This document shows, in pieces, positions 14,331 to 28,515 of a DNA stretch of 64,000 nucleotides. Origin of the DNA: Mobula hypostoma (taxonomy: Eukaryota); contig NC_086097.1 of the NCBI RefSeq assembly GCF_963921235.1, forward strand, positions 1,364,001 to 1,428,000, written 5' to 3'. The notes under the pieces were generated by a model. That model did not search any database and was not told the origin of the DNA. It saw nothing but the letters and a program-made list of their open reading frames with translations. Numbering within the stretch: position 1 is the stretch's first letter; each line of letters opens with the position of its first letter. The translations under genes and the position numbers were made by a program.

Positions 14331-15934
14331 GTTTGACAGTGTTGTTAAGAAGGCGTATGGTGTGTTGGCATTCATAAACCATAGGATTGAGTTCAAGAGC
14401 TGTGAGGTAATGTTACAGCTATACAAGACCTTGGTCAGGCTCTACTTGCAGTACTGTGTTCAGTTCTGGTCACCTCACTACAGGAAGGATGTGGATACTA
14501 CAGAGAGAATGTAGAGGAGATTTACAAGGATGTTGCTTGGATTGGAGGGCATGCCTTATGAGAACAGGTTGAGTGTACTTGGCCATTACTGCCTGGAGCA
14601 ATGGAGGATGAGAGGTAACTTCACAGAGATGTACAAGATGATGAGGGGCATTGATTGTGTGGATGGTCAGAAGCTTTTTCCCAGGGCTGAATGGGTAACA
14701 CAATGGGGCATAGTTTTAGGGTGCTTAGAAATAGGTACTGTTTTTCACACAGTGAGTTGTGGGTGCGTGATATGCACTGCCGGCAGTGGTGGTGGAATCG
14801 GATACAACAGGGTCTTTTAAGAGCCTCTTAGATAGGTACATGAAGCTTAGAAAAATAGAGGGTTATGCGCGAGGGAAACTCTCGGCAGTTTCTAGGGTAG
14901 GTTACATGGTCGGCACAACAGTGTGGGCCTGTAATGTGCTGTAGATTTCTGTTCCATGTACAATCATATTGTGATCACTGTCTCGTAAGGGTTCTTTTAC
15001 CTTAAGCTCCCTAATCACCTCTGGTTCATTACATAACACCCACCCAAGCTGATCCCCTAGTAGGCTCAACAATAAGCTGCTCTAAAAAGCCATCTCATTG
15101 ACATTCAACAAACTCACTCCCTCGGGTTCCACTTCCAACCAATCAACCTGCATGTTGAAATGACTATCATAACTTTGCCCTTTTGACAGGCCTTTTCTAT
15201 TTCTTGTTGTAATCTATGATCCACATCCCAGCTACTGTTAGGAGGTTTGAATATAACTGCCATCAGGGTCACTTATACTTTCAGACTCTTAACTCAACCC
15301 ACAAGGATTCAACACCTGCTGATTCTATGTCAGATCATTCTACTGATTTGATGCCATTCTTTACCAGCAGAGCCACACCACCCCCTCTGCCCACCTTCCC
15401 ATCCCTCTGATACAACGTGCAACCTTGGACATTCAGCTCCCAACTACAACCATCCTTCAGCCATGACTCAGTGATGGCCACAACATCATATCCGACAATC
15501 TGTAAAACTGCAACATGACCATCTACCATATTTCTTATACTCCGTGCATTGAGATATAACACTTTGAATGCTGCATTTGCTACGTTTTTTGTTTCTGCAT
15601 CCATGATGCACCGATACTCACCCTGCCTGCTCTTCCTGTCAGTCTGACTGCACACTTTGCTTTTTTAACCATCTGTACAATCCCAAATCCCTTCACTCTG
15701 GTCAAATTAGCTTGAACCCTCCCCAACAGCTCTAACAAACCTGCTCATGAGAATATTGGTTCCCCTTGGATTCAGGTGCAACCCGTCACTTTTGAACAGG
15801 TCATACCTCCCCCAGAGGAGATCCCAATGATCCAAGAACCTGAAGCCCTGCCCCCTGCACCAGCTTCTCAACCACAGATTAATTTGCCATATCATCCTGT
15901 TTTGATGTACATGTGACAAATAAAGATAATCATC

Positions 15935-16330
15935 AATCTTATATTCTGTCTTGGTAGCCTCCAACCTGATGGCATGAATATGAATTTCTCCTTCTGGTAA
16001 AAAAAATTCCCTCCCCTCCGCTCTCCTTCTATTCCCCATTCTGGCCTCTTTCTTACCTGCCTATCACGTCCCACTGGGTCCTCTTCTCCTTCTCCATCCC
16101 TTTCTCTTATTGTCCACTCTCCTCTCCAGCTCTTTACCTTTCCTACACACTCAGCTATTCTCTTTCCCTTCCACTCCCCCACTTTTATTCTATCATCTTC
16201 CTTCTTACTTCCCATTCCTAATGAATGATCTCAGCTGTTTACTCATTCCCACAGATGTTGCCCGACACGCAATCTGCTGAGTTTCTCCAGCATTTTGTGT
16301 GTAGCTCTGGATTTCCAGCATCTGTGTTTC
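15935..16330 (+). mobile_element. Penelope-like element 3' fragment
   Basis: IFCLGSLQPDGMN end of the GIY-YIG ORF, pyrimidine-rich UTR, same terminal sequence as 48190-49320. Confidence 0.7.
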
Positions 16331-16699
16331 TTATCATATTTGAGCAGTATTTCCATGTACACTTGAAGAGGCTTTTTGACTACCAATGGGCTAAATGAGC
16401 TTCTTTTGTGTCATTTTTTGAGATTAACTTGTTACATTTCCTGTTAATTTAATCAGTATTCTTTCCTTATCTTTAGTTTTTTCAAACTTTCTAAATCAGG
16501 CTTACCATACTTCAGTCTTTTTGCAAATCTTAATGAAAGGTCTTTGCCTAAAACATTGACAGTTCATTTCCCTCCCAGTTGCTGCCTGAACTGTTGAGTT
16601 CCTCCAGCATTTTGTGTCTACACTGCTTTAATCTAATGGCATCCTTCAGTAACCCTTAGTCAGCCATAAACTTTTTCTAATGGGGCTTTATTTCCTGAA

Positions 16700-17333
16700 G
16701 TTCATTTCTAGAGGTATAGAATGTGATGTGATGGGATGTGATGTTGAGGCTCTATAAGACACTCGTGAGACCACACTTAGAGTGTTGTGTGCAGTTTTGG
16801 GCTTCTTATTTTAGAAAGGATATACCGACATTAGAGAGGGTTCAGAGAAGATTCACGAGAATGATTCCAGGAATGAAAGGGTTACCGTATGAAGAACGTC
16901 TGGCAGCTCTTGGGCTGTGTTCCCTGGAGTTCAGGAGAATGAGGGGGGATCTCATAGAAACATTCCGAATGTTAAAAGGCCTGAACAGATTAGATATGGC
17001 AAAGTTATTTCCCATGGTAGGGGTAGGACAAAAGGACACAACTTCAGGATTGAAGGATGTCCGTTTAGAACTAAGATGCGAAGAAATTATTTTAGTCAGA
17101 GGGTGGTAAATCTGTGGAATTTGCTGCCACAAGCAGCTGTGGAGGCCATGTCATTGGCTGTATTTAAGGCAGAGATAGATAGGTTCTTGATTAGCCAGGG
17201 CATCAAAGGGTATGGGGTGAAGACAGGGGAGTGGGGATGACTGGAAGAATTGGATCAGCCCCATGATTGAATGGCAGAGCAGACTCAATGGGCCAAATGG
17301 CCTACTTCAGTTCCTATATTTTATGGTCTTATG
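16700..17333 (+). mobile_element. CR1 LINE 3' fragment
   Basis: LYKTLVRPHLE...ERVQRRFTRMIPG...RGDLIE and a CR1 tail. Confidence 0.9.
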
Positions 17334-18076
17334 AAGTAAAATACATTTGTTGTGAATTTTTATAATTTTTTAAAAAATATTTGATATTGTTTATAACTAA
17401 AATAAAAATATCAGTTACTAAATCTACCTTACGCACCAAATCTCATTATCAGAATCAGGTTTAATACCACCGGCATATGTCGTGAAATTTGTTATGTGGC
17501 AGCAATACATAATTAAAACTGTAAACTACAGTAAGTACATACATTTGATAGATGGGAAGATGTTGGGTGTGTGCCTTCAGGCTCCTGTACCTCCTCCCTA
17601 ATGGCAGCAATGAGAAGAGGGCTTGTCCTGAATGATGGGGGTTCTTAATGATGGATGTTGTCTTTTTGAGACATCGCTCCTTGAAGATGGCCTGCATCCT
17701 CAGGAGGCTAGTGCCCATGATAGAGCTAATCCAGTTCAGGTTACTTTGATCCTGTGTGGTGCCATTCCCCCCACCCCCCATACCCGTTAGAAATCTCCAC
17801 GGTACATTTCCAGAAATTTGCAGGTCTCTTTGGGTGACATACCAAATATCCTCAAGCTCCTCATGAAATAGAGCAGTTGCCATGCCATTGTAACTGCATC
17901 AGTACCACGGCCCAGGATAGATCCTCTGGGATGTTGACACTGAGGAACTTGAAACTGCTCACCCTTTCCATTCTGATCCTTCCATTGGTGTATGCTCCAC
18001 CTTACCATTTCTGAAGTCCACAATCAATTCTTTGGTCTTACTGACATTGAGCACAAGGTTGTTACCTTGTATTGTT

Positions 18077-21000
18077 ACCTGGAGTATTGTGTGCAGTTTT
18101 GGTCCCCTAAAACCTGGAGTATTGTGTGCAGTTTTGGTCCCATAATCTGAGGAAAGACATTCTTGCCATAGAGGGAGTACAAAGAAGGTTCACCAGATTG
18201 ATTCCTGGGATGGCAGGACTTTCATATGATGAAAGACTGGATCGACTAGGCTTATACTCACTGGAATTTAAAAGATTGAGGGGGGACCTTATTGAAACGT
18301 ATAAAATTCTAAAGTGATTGGACAGGCTAGATGCAGGAAGATTGTTCCTGATGTTGGAGAAGTCCAGAACGAGGGGTCACAGTTTGAGGATAAAGGGGAA
18401 GCCTTTTAGGACTGAGATGAGGAAAAACTTCTTCACACAGAGTGTGGTGAATTTGTGGAATTCTCTGCCACAGGAAACAGTTGAGGCCAGTTCATTGGCT
18501 ATATTTAAGAGGGAGTTAGATATGGCCGTTGTGGCTAAAGGGATCAGGGGGTATGGAGAGAAGGCAGGTACAGGGTTCTGAGTTGGATCATCAGCCATAG
18601 AACCATAGAAACTACAGCACAGAAACAGGCCCTTTGGCCCTTCTTGGCTGTGCCGAACCATTTTCTGCCTAGTCCCACTGACCTGCACACGGACCATATC
18701 CTTCTATACACCTCCCATCCATGTATCTGTCCAATTTATTCTTAAATGTTAAAAAAGAACCCGCATTTACCACCTCGTCTGGCAGTTCATACCATACTCC
18801 CACCACTCTGTGTGAAGAAGCACCCCCTAATGTTCCCTTTAAACATTTCCCCCCTCACCCTTAACCCATGTCCTCTGGTTTTTTTCTCCCCTTGCCTCAG
18901 TGGAAAAAGCCTGCTTGCATTCACTCTATCTATACCCATCATAATTTTATATACCTCTATCAAATCTCCCCTCATTCTTCTACGCTCCAGGGAATAAAGT
19001 CCTAACCTATTCAACCTTTCTCTGTAACTGAGTTTCTCAAGTCCCGGCAACACCCTTGTAAACCTTCTCTGCACTCTTTCAACCTTATTTATATCCTTCC
19101 TGTAATTTGGTGACCAAAACTGAACACAACACTCCAGATTCGGCCTCACCAATGCCTTATACAACCTCATCATAACATTCCAGCTCTTATACTCAATACT
19201 TCGATTAATAAAGGCCAATGTACCAAAAGCTCTCTTTACGACCCTATCTACCTGTGACGACACTTTTAGGGAATTTTGTATCTGTATTCCCAGATCTCTC
19301 TGTTCCACTGCACTCCTCAGTGCCTTACCATTAACCCTGTATGTTCTACGTTGGTTTGTCCTTCCAACGTGCAATACCTCACACTTGTCAGTATTAAACT
19401 CCATCTGCCATTATTCAGCCCATTTTCCAGATGGTCCAAGTCCCTCTGCAGGCTCTGAAAACCTTCCTCACTGTCTACTACACCTCCAATCTTTGTATCA
19501 TCAGCAAACTTGCTGATCCAATTTACCACATTATCATCCAGATCATTGATATAGATGACAAATAACAATGGACCCAGCACTGATCCCTGTCACCACTAGT
19601 CACAGGCCTCCACTCAGAGAAGCCATTCTCTACCACCACTCTCTGGCTTCTTCCATCGAGCCAATGTCTAATCCAATTTACCACCTCTCCATGTATACCT
19701 AGCGACTGAATTTTCCTAACTAACCTCCCATGCGGGACCTTGTCAAAGGCCTTACTGAAGTCCACGTAGACAATATCCACTGCCTTCCCTTCATCCACTT
19801 TCCTGGTAACCCCTCCTCAAAAAACTCCAACAGATTGGTCAAACATGACCTACCACGCACAAAGCCATGTTGACTCTCCCTAATAAGCCCCTGTCTACCC
19901 AAATGCTTGTAGATTCTGTCTCTTAGTACTCCCTCCAATAACTTACCTACTACTGACGTTAAACTCACCGGCCTATAATTTCCCGGATTACTTTTTGATC
20001 CTTTTTTAAACAACTGAACAACATGAGCCACTCTCCAATCCTCCGGCACCTCACCTGTAGACAGCGACATTTTAAATATTTCTGCCAGGGCCCCCCGCAA
20101 TTTCAACACTAGTCTCCTTCAAGGTCCGAGGGAACACTCTGTCAGGTCCCGGGGATTTATCCACTTTAATTTTCCTCAAGACAGCAAGCACCTCCTCCTT
20201 TTCAATCTGTACAGTTTCCATGGTCTCACTACTTGATTCCCTCAATTCCATAGATTTCATGCCAGCTTCCTTAGTAAACACAGACGCAAAAAACCTATTT
20301 AAAATCTCCCCCATTTCCTTTGGTTCCGCACAAAGCCGACCACTCTGATCTTCAAGAGGGCCAATTTTATCCCTTACAATCCTTTTGCTCTTAATATACT
20401 TGTAAAAGCTCTTTGGATTATCCTTCACTTTGACTGCCAAGGCAACCTCATGTCTTCTTTTAGCCCTCCTGATTTCTTTCTTAAGTATTTTCTTGCACTT
20501 CTTATACTCCTCAAGCACCTGATTTACCCCGTTTCCTATACATTTCATACAACTCCCTCTTCTTCTTTATCAGAGTTGCAATATCCCTTGAGAACCAAGG
20601 TTCCTTATTCCTATTCAATTTGCCTTTAATCCTGACAGGAACATACAAACTCTGCACTCTCAAAATTTCTCCTTTGAAGGCTTCCCACCTACCAATCACA
20701 TCTTTGCCAGAGAACAACCTGTCCCAATCCACGCTTTTTAGATCCTTTCTCATTTCTTCAAATTTGGCCTTCTTTCAGTTCAGAACCTCAACCCTAGGTC
20801 CAGATCTATCCTTGTCCATGATCAAATTGAAACTAATGGTGTTATGATCACTGGATCCAAAGTGCTCCCCTACACAGACTTCTGTCACTTGCCCTAATTC
20901 GTTACCTAACAGGAGATCCAATATTGCATCCCCTCTAGTTGGTCCCTCTATATATTGATTTAGAAAACTTTCCTGAACAGATTTTACAAACTCTAAACCA

Positions 21001-21658
21001 TCTAGACCCCTAACAGTATGGGAGTCCCAATCAATGTATGGAAAATTAAAATCCCCTACCACCACAACTTTATGTTTCCTGCAGTTGCCTGCTATCTCTC
21101 TGCAGATTTGCTCTTCCAAATCTCGTTGACTATTGGGTGGTCTGTAATACAATCCCACTAATGTGGCCATACCTTTCCTGTTTCTCAGCTCCACCCATAA
21201 GGACTCAGTAGACAAGCCCTCTAATCTGTCCTGCCTGAGCACTGCTGTAATATTTTCCCCAACAAGCAATGTTACTCCCCCACCTTTCATTCCTTTGCCT
21301 CGATCACATCTGAAACATCGGAACCCTGGAATATTAAGCTGCCAGTCCTGCCCCTCCTGTAGCCAAGTTTCACTAATTGCTACAACATCATAATTCCACG
21401 TGTCAATCCACGCCCTCAACTCATCCGCCTTCCCCGCAATACTCCTAGCATTGAAATATATACACCTCAGAAGATTTTTACTACCACTCACAACCTTTCT
21501 ATCAGCGGATTTGCTTAAACTTTCAACATCATTTATTTTCACCCCAGCCACATTGTCAGCTCTGGCACTCTGGTTCCCATCCCCCTGCAATGATCATAGT
21601 GAATGGTGGTGCAGGCTCGAAGGGCCGAACGGCCTACTCCTGCACCTATTTTCTATGT
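18077..21658 (+). mobile_element. CR1 3' fragment, itself split by an opposite-strand CR1 at 18596-21590
   Basis: gatcatcagcca|tgatcatagtgaatgg rejoins the tail. Same subfamily as 60747-62270. Confidence 0.85.
18596..21590 (-). mobile_element. CR1 ORF2 (APE + RT), nearly complete, few frameshifts
   Basis: 271-aa endonuclease ORF (YFNARSI, GDFNFP, GSSDHN), RT ORFs (KFADDTK), (TTTCTATGG)n tail. Confidence 0.93.
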
Positions 21659-24024
21659 TACTGAGACACCACTCAAACAGCTGATCTACCTCACTCCTGT
21701 ACCATCTGAAAGTCTGCCAACAATTGTTCTGTTGCAGCAAATTTATAGATTGCATTTGAGTTGTGTCTAACCATACAGTCATGGGTGTAGAGAGAGTAGA
21801 GCAGCGGGCTAGGCACACATCCTTGAGGTGTGCCAATGTTGATTATCAGGGAGGTGGAGATTTCACTTCCGATCCACAGACTTTGGTCTTCTGGTGAGGT
21901 AGTTAAGGATCCAGTTGCAGAGGGAGGTACAGAGGCCCAGGTCCTGGAGCTTTTTAAATCAGAACTGTAGGAATTATTGTGTAAAACACTGAGCTGTAGA
22001 CAATACACAGCAGCCTGACATAAGTTTTAGTACCGTCCAGGTGTACATAGCCTCAGGAAGAGCCACTGAGAGCACTCGAACGTAGACCCTATGGGTCTGG
22101 GTCCTTGCTTAGGCAGGATTGATTCTAGCCATAAACAACCTTCACCTCTGTAGCTGTGGGTGCTACGGAATGACAGTCATGAAGGCAGCTCACCCTTGTT
22201 GTCCTTTTGAAGCAGCTGGGAACTTTCAATCGAAGAAATGAGAGATTGACAATGTCTTTGAACACACCTGCCAGCTGGTTGGCAGAGGTTTTCAGAGCCC
22301 TACCAGGTACACTATTTGGGCCTGTTGCCTTGCAAGGGTTCACCCTGTTGTTGGCGGCCAGGCAGATCACAGGGTCACTGGATGCTGCAGGTATCCTCAT
22401 AGCTGTAGGTTTATTCTGTGTTTCAAATCCAGCATAAAAAAGCATTGAGCCCATCTGGGAGTAAAGCATCACTGCCACTCATGATGCTAGGTATTGTTTC
22501 CTAGGAAGAAATGATCTGCAAACCCTGCCAGAGTTGACGTGCATCCTATTCTGCCTCTAACCTCCAATGAAATTGTCCATTTGCTCTTGAGTCATACCAG
22601 CCTTCTTGTATAGTTCTGGGTCACCAGACTTGAATGCCACAGATCTAGCCCTTAGCAGATTTTGAATGCCCTGATTCATCTACAGCTTTTAATTCTGGTA
22701 TGTATGGTATGCTCTACTAGGCACACACTCATCCACAGAGTTTTCAGTGAAATCAGTGACAACTGTGGCATATTAATTTGAACTTGAAGAAGGGCAGCTG
22801 AATACTCTGCACTCCACCAACTCAAAACAGTCCTACAAGCACTCCTCTGCCTCCCTTGTCCATACCTTCTTGGTCCTCACTACTGGTGCTGTGGTCTTCA
22901 GTCTCTGCCTATACTCAGGGAGTAGAAGTACAGCCAGGTGATCAGACTTCCCAAAGTGTGGGTGTGGTACAAATGTGGGCACAGTAAGCATTCTTGATGG
23001 TGGCACAAGAGTGGTCCGGTGTATTGGCTCCTCTGATTCCACAAGTGATATGTTGGTGATAATTATTTAGGGAATTTTTTAAGCTGTCCTGGTTAAAATC
23101 CTCCAAGATGATAGGAAAGGCTGTTTCATGCCTGTTGATTACGCTGCAGGGGTTCCCAACTTGTGGTCCAAGGACCCCTTGCTTAATAGTACTGGTCCAT
23201 GGTGTTAAAAAAATGGTTGGGAACCTCTGATCCAAAGCCTGCTTGAGATGGGCCTGAGGTGGAATATACACCACTATCGAGGTGATGGCTGAAAATTCTC
23301 AAAGCAGATAAGATGGATGACACTTGATCGTTAGGTGTTCCAGGTCGGATGAGCAGGTCTGGCACAGAGCCACGTTTGTGCACCACAGGGAGTTAATCAC
23401 AAAGCATACTCCATCTCCTCTGCCTTTGAAAGAGTCTGCAGTCCCATCCTGGTGGTGAATCATGAAGCCGGCAAGGTGTATTGCTATGGAAGGGGGTAGC
23501 CAAGCCTTCATGAAACAGAGAACTCAACAAACCCTGATGTCTTTCTGATACAGCAATCTTGCTCGGAGGTATTTGATTTTATTTTCCAGAGTCTGTGCAT
23601 TTGCCAGCAGAACAGACAGTAGTGGAAGTTGGAACACCCCTCTTCCTTAAATGAACTTTTAATCCAGTGCGGCATCGTCTCTTCTGCCTGTCTTAAAGGG
23701 GAACTGCACTTGTGACTTCACTTCTGTCAGGAATCTTGCTGCTGTGCAAGATTCATCAAGTTTGAGTAGTGACAGTATTTTTAAAAACACTTTAAATCTC
23801 TCATACTTGCATGATCATCTTGAGGAAGAAGGGACTACGGGGACTAAACAGACTGTGTAAGGAACTGCCATACACTCAACAGCAAGTGGTCTGACAACAT
23901 ATTGTAATGATTCTATACCCTCCAGCTGAATTGTGTTTCTTGAATCACATGTTCCATCACACTGATCAGCCTTACTTAAGAGTATGAGACTACTAATTAA
24001 TAAGATTGTTCAAACATCAACATC

Positions 24025-24266
24025 AGGAGAAATTTCTTTAGCCAGAGAGTGGTGAATCTATGGAATTCGGCCTCCCAGAGGCAGCTGTGGAGACCAAGTC
24101 TTTATATAAATTTAAGGCAGATGTCGATAGATTCTTCATTGGTCAGGGCATGAAGGGATAGAGGAGGGAAGGCAGGAGACTGGAGCCGAGAGAAAAATGG
24201 ATCAACCATAATAAAAGGTGGAGCAGACTCCATGGGCCAAATTCTGTTCCTACATCTTATGGTCTA
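24025..24266 (+). mobile_element. CR1 3' tail fragment
   Basis: NFFSQRVVNLWN-like sequence followed by the CR1 3'UTR ending cttatggtct. Confidence 0.7.
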
Positions 24267-25519
24267 AGCAGTAGACTGCAATTTTAAATTACCATTAAAT
24301 AATACTAGTTTTTGAATGGCCTGAATAAAAATGCCCTGCTTAGCAGTGAAACATTTAACATTGTCAATGCACTTAAACAGCTCTATGGACTTGCCCCACA
24401 TCATTATAAACCTCTTCCATCTTCTAACCCTCAAATCTCAGCAGTTCTCCAATTCTGATTCCTCGCACATTAGGGATGTTCTTTGCCTCTGTTATTGATC
24501 AGCTTAGTGGTCTATTATCATATTCCTTGGCTACAAACAATGTTTGTTAGGAGCCCTGTGAGACAAGAAATGCAGGGCATTTCACCACATAGGTAGCTTG
24601 ACATCTGAGAGATTAGCAGTCCCAGTGTCAGGATTCACACACCCACTCCTCCCATCCCTTCCCCTTTCCTTCAACCTCTCAAGTGCTCAGGCTGCCTGAC
24701 AGGTTGAACAAGAAGAATCAAAAACCACATTACCACACCTACAATCCAGCAGCTGCCAAGTCACAAGGTTGTTTCCGTCTTTAACCACTTAAACTGTAGG
24801 TTGTTGAGAGAGACGATGCACTGGGACAAAAGCTGGCCTCAGAATTACTAGTATTTTCTTTTCTAAGATCAAGGTTCCTAGATCATGGGAAATGTGGGCG
24901 AAGGGTCAGATGGGAATGCTCAGAGCTGTAACAGACATTACAGGTCAAATAGCTTTCCATGATGTCAATGAAAACAATGACAATGTACGCATCCTGAGCA
25001 CATCCTCCTGTCCATATCCAGACCGCCACCAAACCTAAAGAGAGCCACCTTCACAATTTACCAAGTCACACAGTATAAACTCTTTCCAGCCTTATATTAC
25101 ACAAATTAGAAACAGAGGGATACTTGGCCGGTGAAATGGCTTCACCCATTAAGATCAATGCTAATCGGTAATCTGAATGCTGCATTCCCACCTTTTCTCA
25201 GTACCATTCACTCTTTTATCAAGCACCTCTCTAAACTCTGCCTTAAAATATTCAGTCTCCATTGCACCATCCTTTGGCAAAGTTCCAAAACTTCGAAACT
25301 TGGGGTGGGGGGGGGAGGGGCAGGAATTCACCTTTTCTCACTGGAATGGGCAACATCTTATCTTTAAACAGCGATTCTAAATTGTAAATTCTCTCACAAG
25401 AGGAAACATCTCCTCCAAGCCCATTATCTCAGAATCGGAATCAGGTTTATTATCACCAGAATGTGTTGTGAAATTTGGTAACTTAGCAGGAGCAGTTCAA
25501 TGCAATACATGATGTAGAA

Positions 25520-28515
25520 CAGGGGTCCCCAACCTTTTTTGCACTGCGGACCGGCTGACCCGGGGTGGGGGGGGGGTGCGGGGTTGGGTTGCCAACAGAC
25601 AAGAGTAGCAGTCAAATACGTTGTGTTTACCCCGAGGAAGATTACCATGACCATGAAGCCTTGCGCAGGCACCTGTGTGCGCATGTGTGTATGTGCCAAT
25701 TTTTTTTCCTACAAATCGTTTTTGGCGATTCCGTTTGGGGGGGGGGTGTTAATCACGACCGGAATATAGATGATAAGTGGCTAATACACTCAATTTCGTT
25801 TCTAAAAGGGGTTATCTAACAAATTTAATAATAAACACACAGCACATATTTTCCTTGCATGAATATAGCGATAAGTCAATTATCAGGGGAGGACAGGGGA
25901 GCTTGAAGTAAGTGTTGAACAAACTTCCAGTAGAAGTGGTAGAGGCAGGTTCGATATTATCATTCAAAGAAAAATTGGATAGGTATATTGGCAGGAAAGG
26001 AATGGAGGGTTATGGGCTGAGTGCAGGTCGGTGGGACTAGGTGAGAGTAAGCCTTCAGCACGGACTAGAAGGGCAGAGATGGCCTGTTTCTGTGCTGTAA
26101 TTGTTATATGGTTATATAAGTCACATAAGTCAATAGCATCATAACATTTTAAGTAACCTTTGGATATTACACACACAGCACATATTTTCCCCATATGAGC
26201 ATATAAAATCATTGCAACACACCAATATCGCTGAATCAGTGGGAGCCCTGGGCTTGTTTCCCTGCAACAAGATGGTGCCATTGAAGGGTGATGGGAGACA
26301 GCGATACGCGAAGGGGGTTCCTTATGTCCAGTCTATTCCGCAATTTAGTTTTCGTTGCATTCATTGCAAATATATGTTGGAAATGGAAGCAACGTTTTCA
26401 GTACTTTCGTGGCTATCTCAGGATATTTAGCCTCGACTTTGTCATAGTCATACTTTATTAATCCTGGGGGAAATTGGTTTTCGTTACAGTTGCTCCATAA
26501 ATAATAAATAGTAATAGAACCATAAATAGTTAAATAGTAATATGTAATTTATGCCAGTAAATTATGAAATAAGTCCAGGACCAGCCTATTGGCTCAGGGT
26601 GTCTGACCCTTCAAGGGAGGAGTTGTAAAGTTTGATGGCCACAGGTAGGAATGACTTCCTATGACGCTCTGTGTTGCATCTCGGTGGAATGAGTCTCTGG
26701 CTGAATGTACTCCTGTGCCCAACCAGTACATTATGTAGTGGATGGGAGACATTGACCAAAATGGCATGCAACTTGGACAACACCCTCTTTTCAGACACCA
26801 CCGTCAGAGAGTCCAGTTCCATCCCCACAACATCACTGGCCTTACGAATGAGTACGTTGATTCTATTGGTGTCTGCCACCCTCAGGAAATAGAGACGGCT
26901 CTGACCCTTCTTGCAGACAGCCTCAGTGTTCTTTGACCAGTCTAGTTTATTGTCAATTCGTATCCTCAGGTATTTGTAATCCTCCACCATGTCCACATTG
27001 ACCCTCTGGATGGAAACAGGGGTCACCGGTACCTTAGCCCTCCTCAGGTCTACCACCAGCTCCTTAGTCTTTTTCACATTAAGCTGCAGATAATTCTGCT
27101 CACACCATGTGACAAAGTGTCCTACCGTAGCCCTGTACTCAGCCTCATCTCCCTGATGCATCCAACTATGGCAGAGTCATCCGAAAACTTCTGATGATGA
27201 CAAGATTGTGCAGTAGTTGAAGTCCGAGGTGTAAATGGTGAAGAGAAAGGGAGACAAGACAGTCCTCTGTGGAGCCCCAGTGCTGCTGATCACTTTGTCG
27301 GACACAGTGTTGCAAGCACACGTACTGTGGTCTGCCAGTCAGGTAATCAAGAATCCATGATACCAGGAAAGCATCCACCTGCATCGCTGTCAGCTTCTCC
27401 TCCAGCAGAGCAGGGCGGATGGTGTTGAACACACTGGAGAAGTCAAAAAACATGATCCTCACAGTGCTCGCTGGCTTGTCCAGGTGGGTGGAGACAGGGT
27501 TCGGCAGGAAGACGATGGCATCAACTCCTAGTCGGGGCTGGTAGGCTAACTGGAGGGGATCTAAGTGTGGCCTGACCATAGGCCGGAACAGCTCCAGAAC
27601 AAGTCTCTCCAGGGTCTTCATGATGTGGGAGGTCAATGCCACCGGTCTGTAGTCATTGAGGCCGCTGGGGCATGGCGTCTTCGGCACAGGGACGAGGCAG
27701 GACGTCTTCCACAGTACAGGAGCCCTCCGGAGCCTCAGGCTCAGGTTGAATACGTGGCGAAGTACTCCACATAGCTGAGGGGCACAGGGTTTGAGCACCC
27801 TGGTACTGACACCATCCGGAACTGCAGCCTTGCTTGGGTTGAGACATTTCAGCTGTCTTCTCACCTGTTCAGCTGTGAAGCCCTCCATGGTGGTTTCGTG
27901 TGAGGAAGGGGTATAGTCATGAGAGCAGGGTGGGGGACTGTGAGGAGGGGTAGGAGGGGAGAGTGGAATATGTGTTGGTTGGGGGCTGACAACAGATGGT
28001 TCATGTGTGGGATGGGCAGGGGCCACAATGCCAAATCTGTTAAAGAACAGGTTAAGTTCATTGGCCCTGTCCACACTGCCTTCAGCTCCTCTGTTGCTAG
28101 TTTGCTGGAACCCAGAGATGGTCCTCATCCCCCTCCAGACCTCTCTCATGTTGTTCTGCTGGAGTTTCCACTCAAGCTTCCTCCTGTACCTGTCTTTAGC
28201 CTCCCTGATCCTGGCTTTCAGGTCACTCTGTATTGCCCTCAGCTCCTCCCTATTTTCATCTCTAAATGCCCTCTTTTTAGCGTTCAGATGTCCAGATCCG
28301 GAATGCCGGCAGAGATGTTATGTCAAACATACTTTTCAGCCCGCCGTCATTTGTAAGCTCAAGAAGTTGATCTCCTTCCCGTGCTGACATGGATAACGCG
28401 TGGGTAATGACCTCGCATGTGTAATGGCTCAATAGTGGGTGTGACAGGGAATGAGGAAAGGTTTCCTCGCGGCCCGGTAGCACATGCTTTGCGGCCCGGT
28501 GGTTGGGGACCGCTG
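25520..28515. mobile_element. Non-autonomous hAT-Charlie (MER1-like) element, second copy
   Basis: TIRs caggggtccccaacc / ggttggggaccgctg. Perfect 8-bp TSD atgtagaa (25512-25519, 28516-28523). Contains a CR1 tail (about 25920-26117) and a Rex1 LINE. Confidence 0.92.
26441..28294 (-). mobile_element. 5'-truncated Rex1/Babar LINE (RT)
   Basis: 327-aa ORF with [15 protein letters not shown] and FFDFSSVFNTI, a 191-aa C-terminal ORF, and a (CTATGA)n tail. Confidence 0.9.

Larger units (their letters stand above)
10718..14958 (+). mobile_element. Near full-length, inactivated CR1 LINE (5'UTR, ORF1 Zn-finger/SGNH esterase, ORF2 APE-RT, tail)
   Basis: CQMW...HICARC, DSIVRG, AITETW, GDINFP, GSDHN, QGSVLGP, KFADD; many frameshifts. 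Confidence 0.9.
8874..15900 (-). mobile_element. Degraded CR1 LINE split by an opposite-strand CR1
   Basis: RT and 3' part at 8874-10717. Endonuclease (YLNARSI, VAITESWL) and ORF1 end (GFRFLDHW...DGLHLN) at 14959-15900. The halves rejoin as gttgaat|acaatcatattg. Confidence 0.8.
17447..23810 (-). mobile_element. Degraded Rex1/Babar LINE interrupted at about 18065 by CR1 elements
   Basis: Tail ctgattctgata, RT motifs ([20 protein letters not shown]), endonuclease pieces (VYIPPQA, PHFGKSDHL). Confidence 0.75.
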
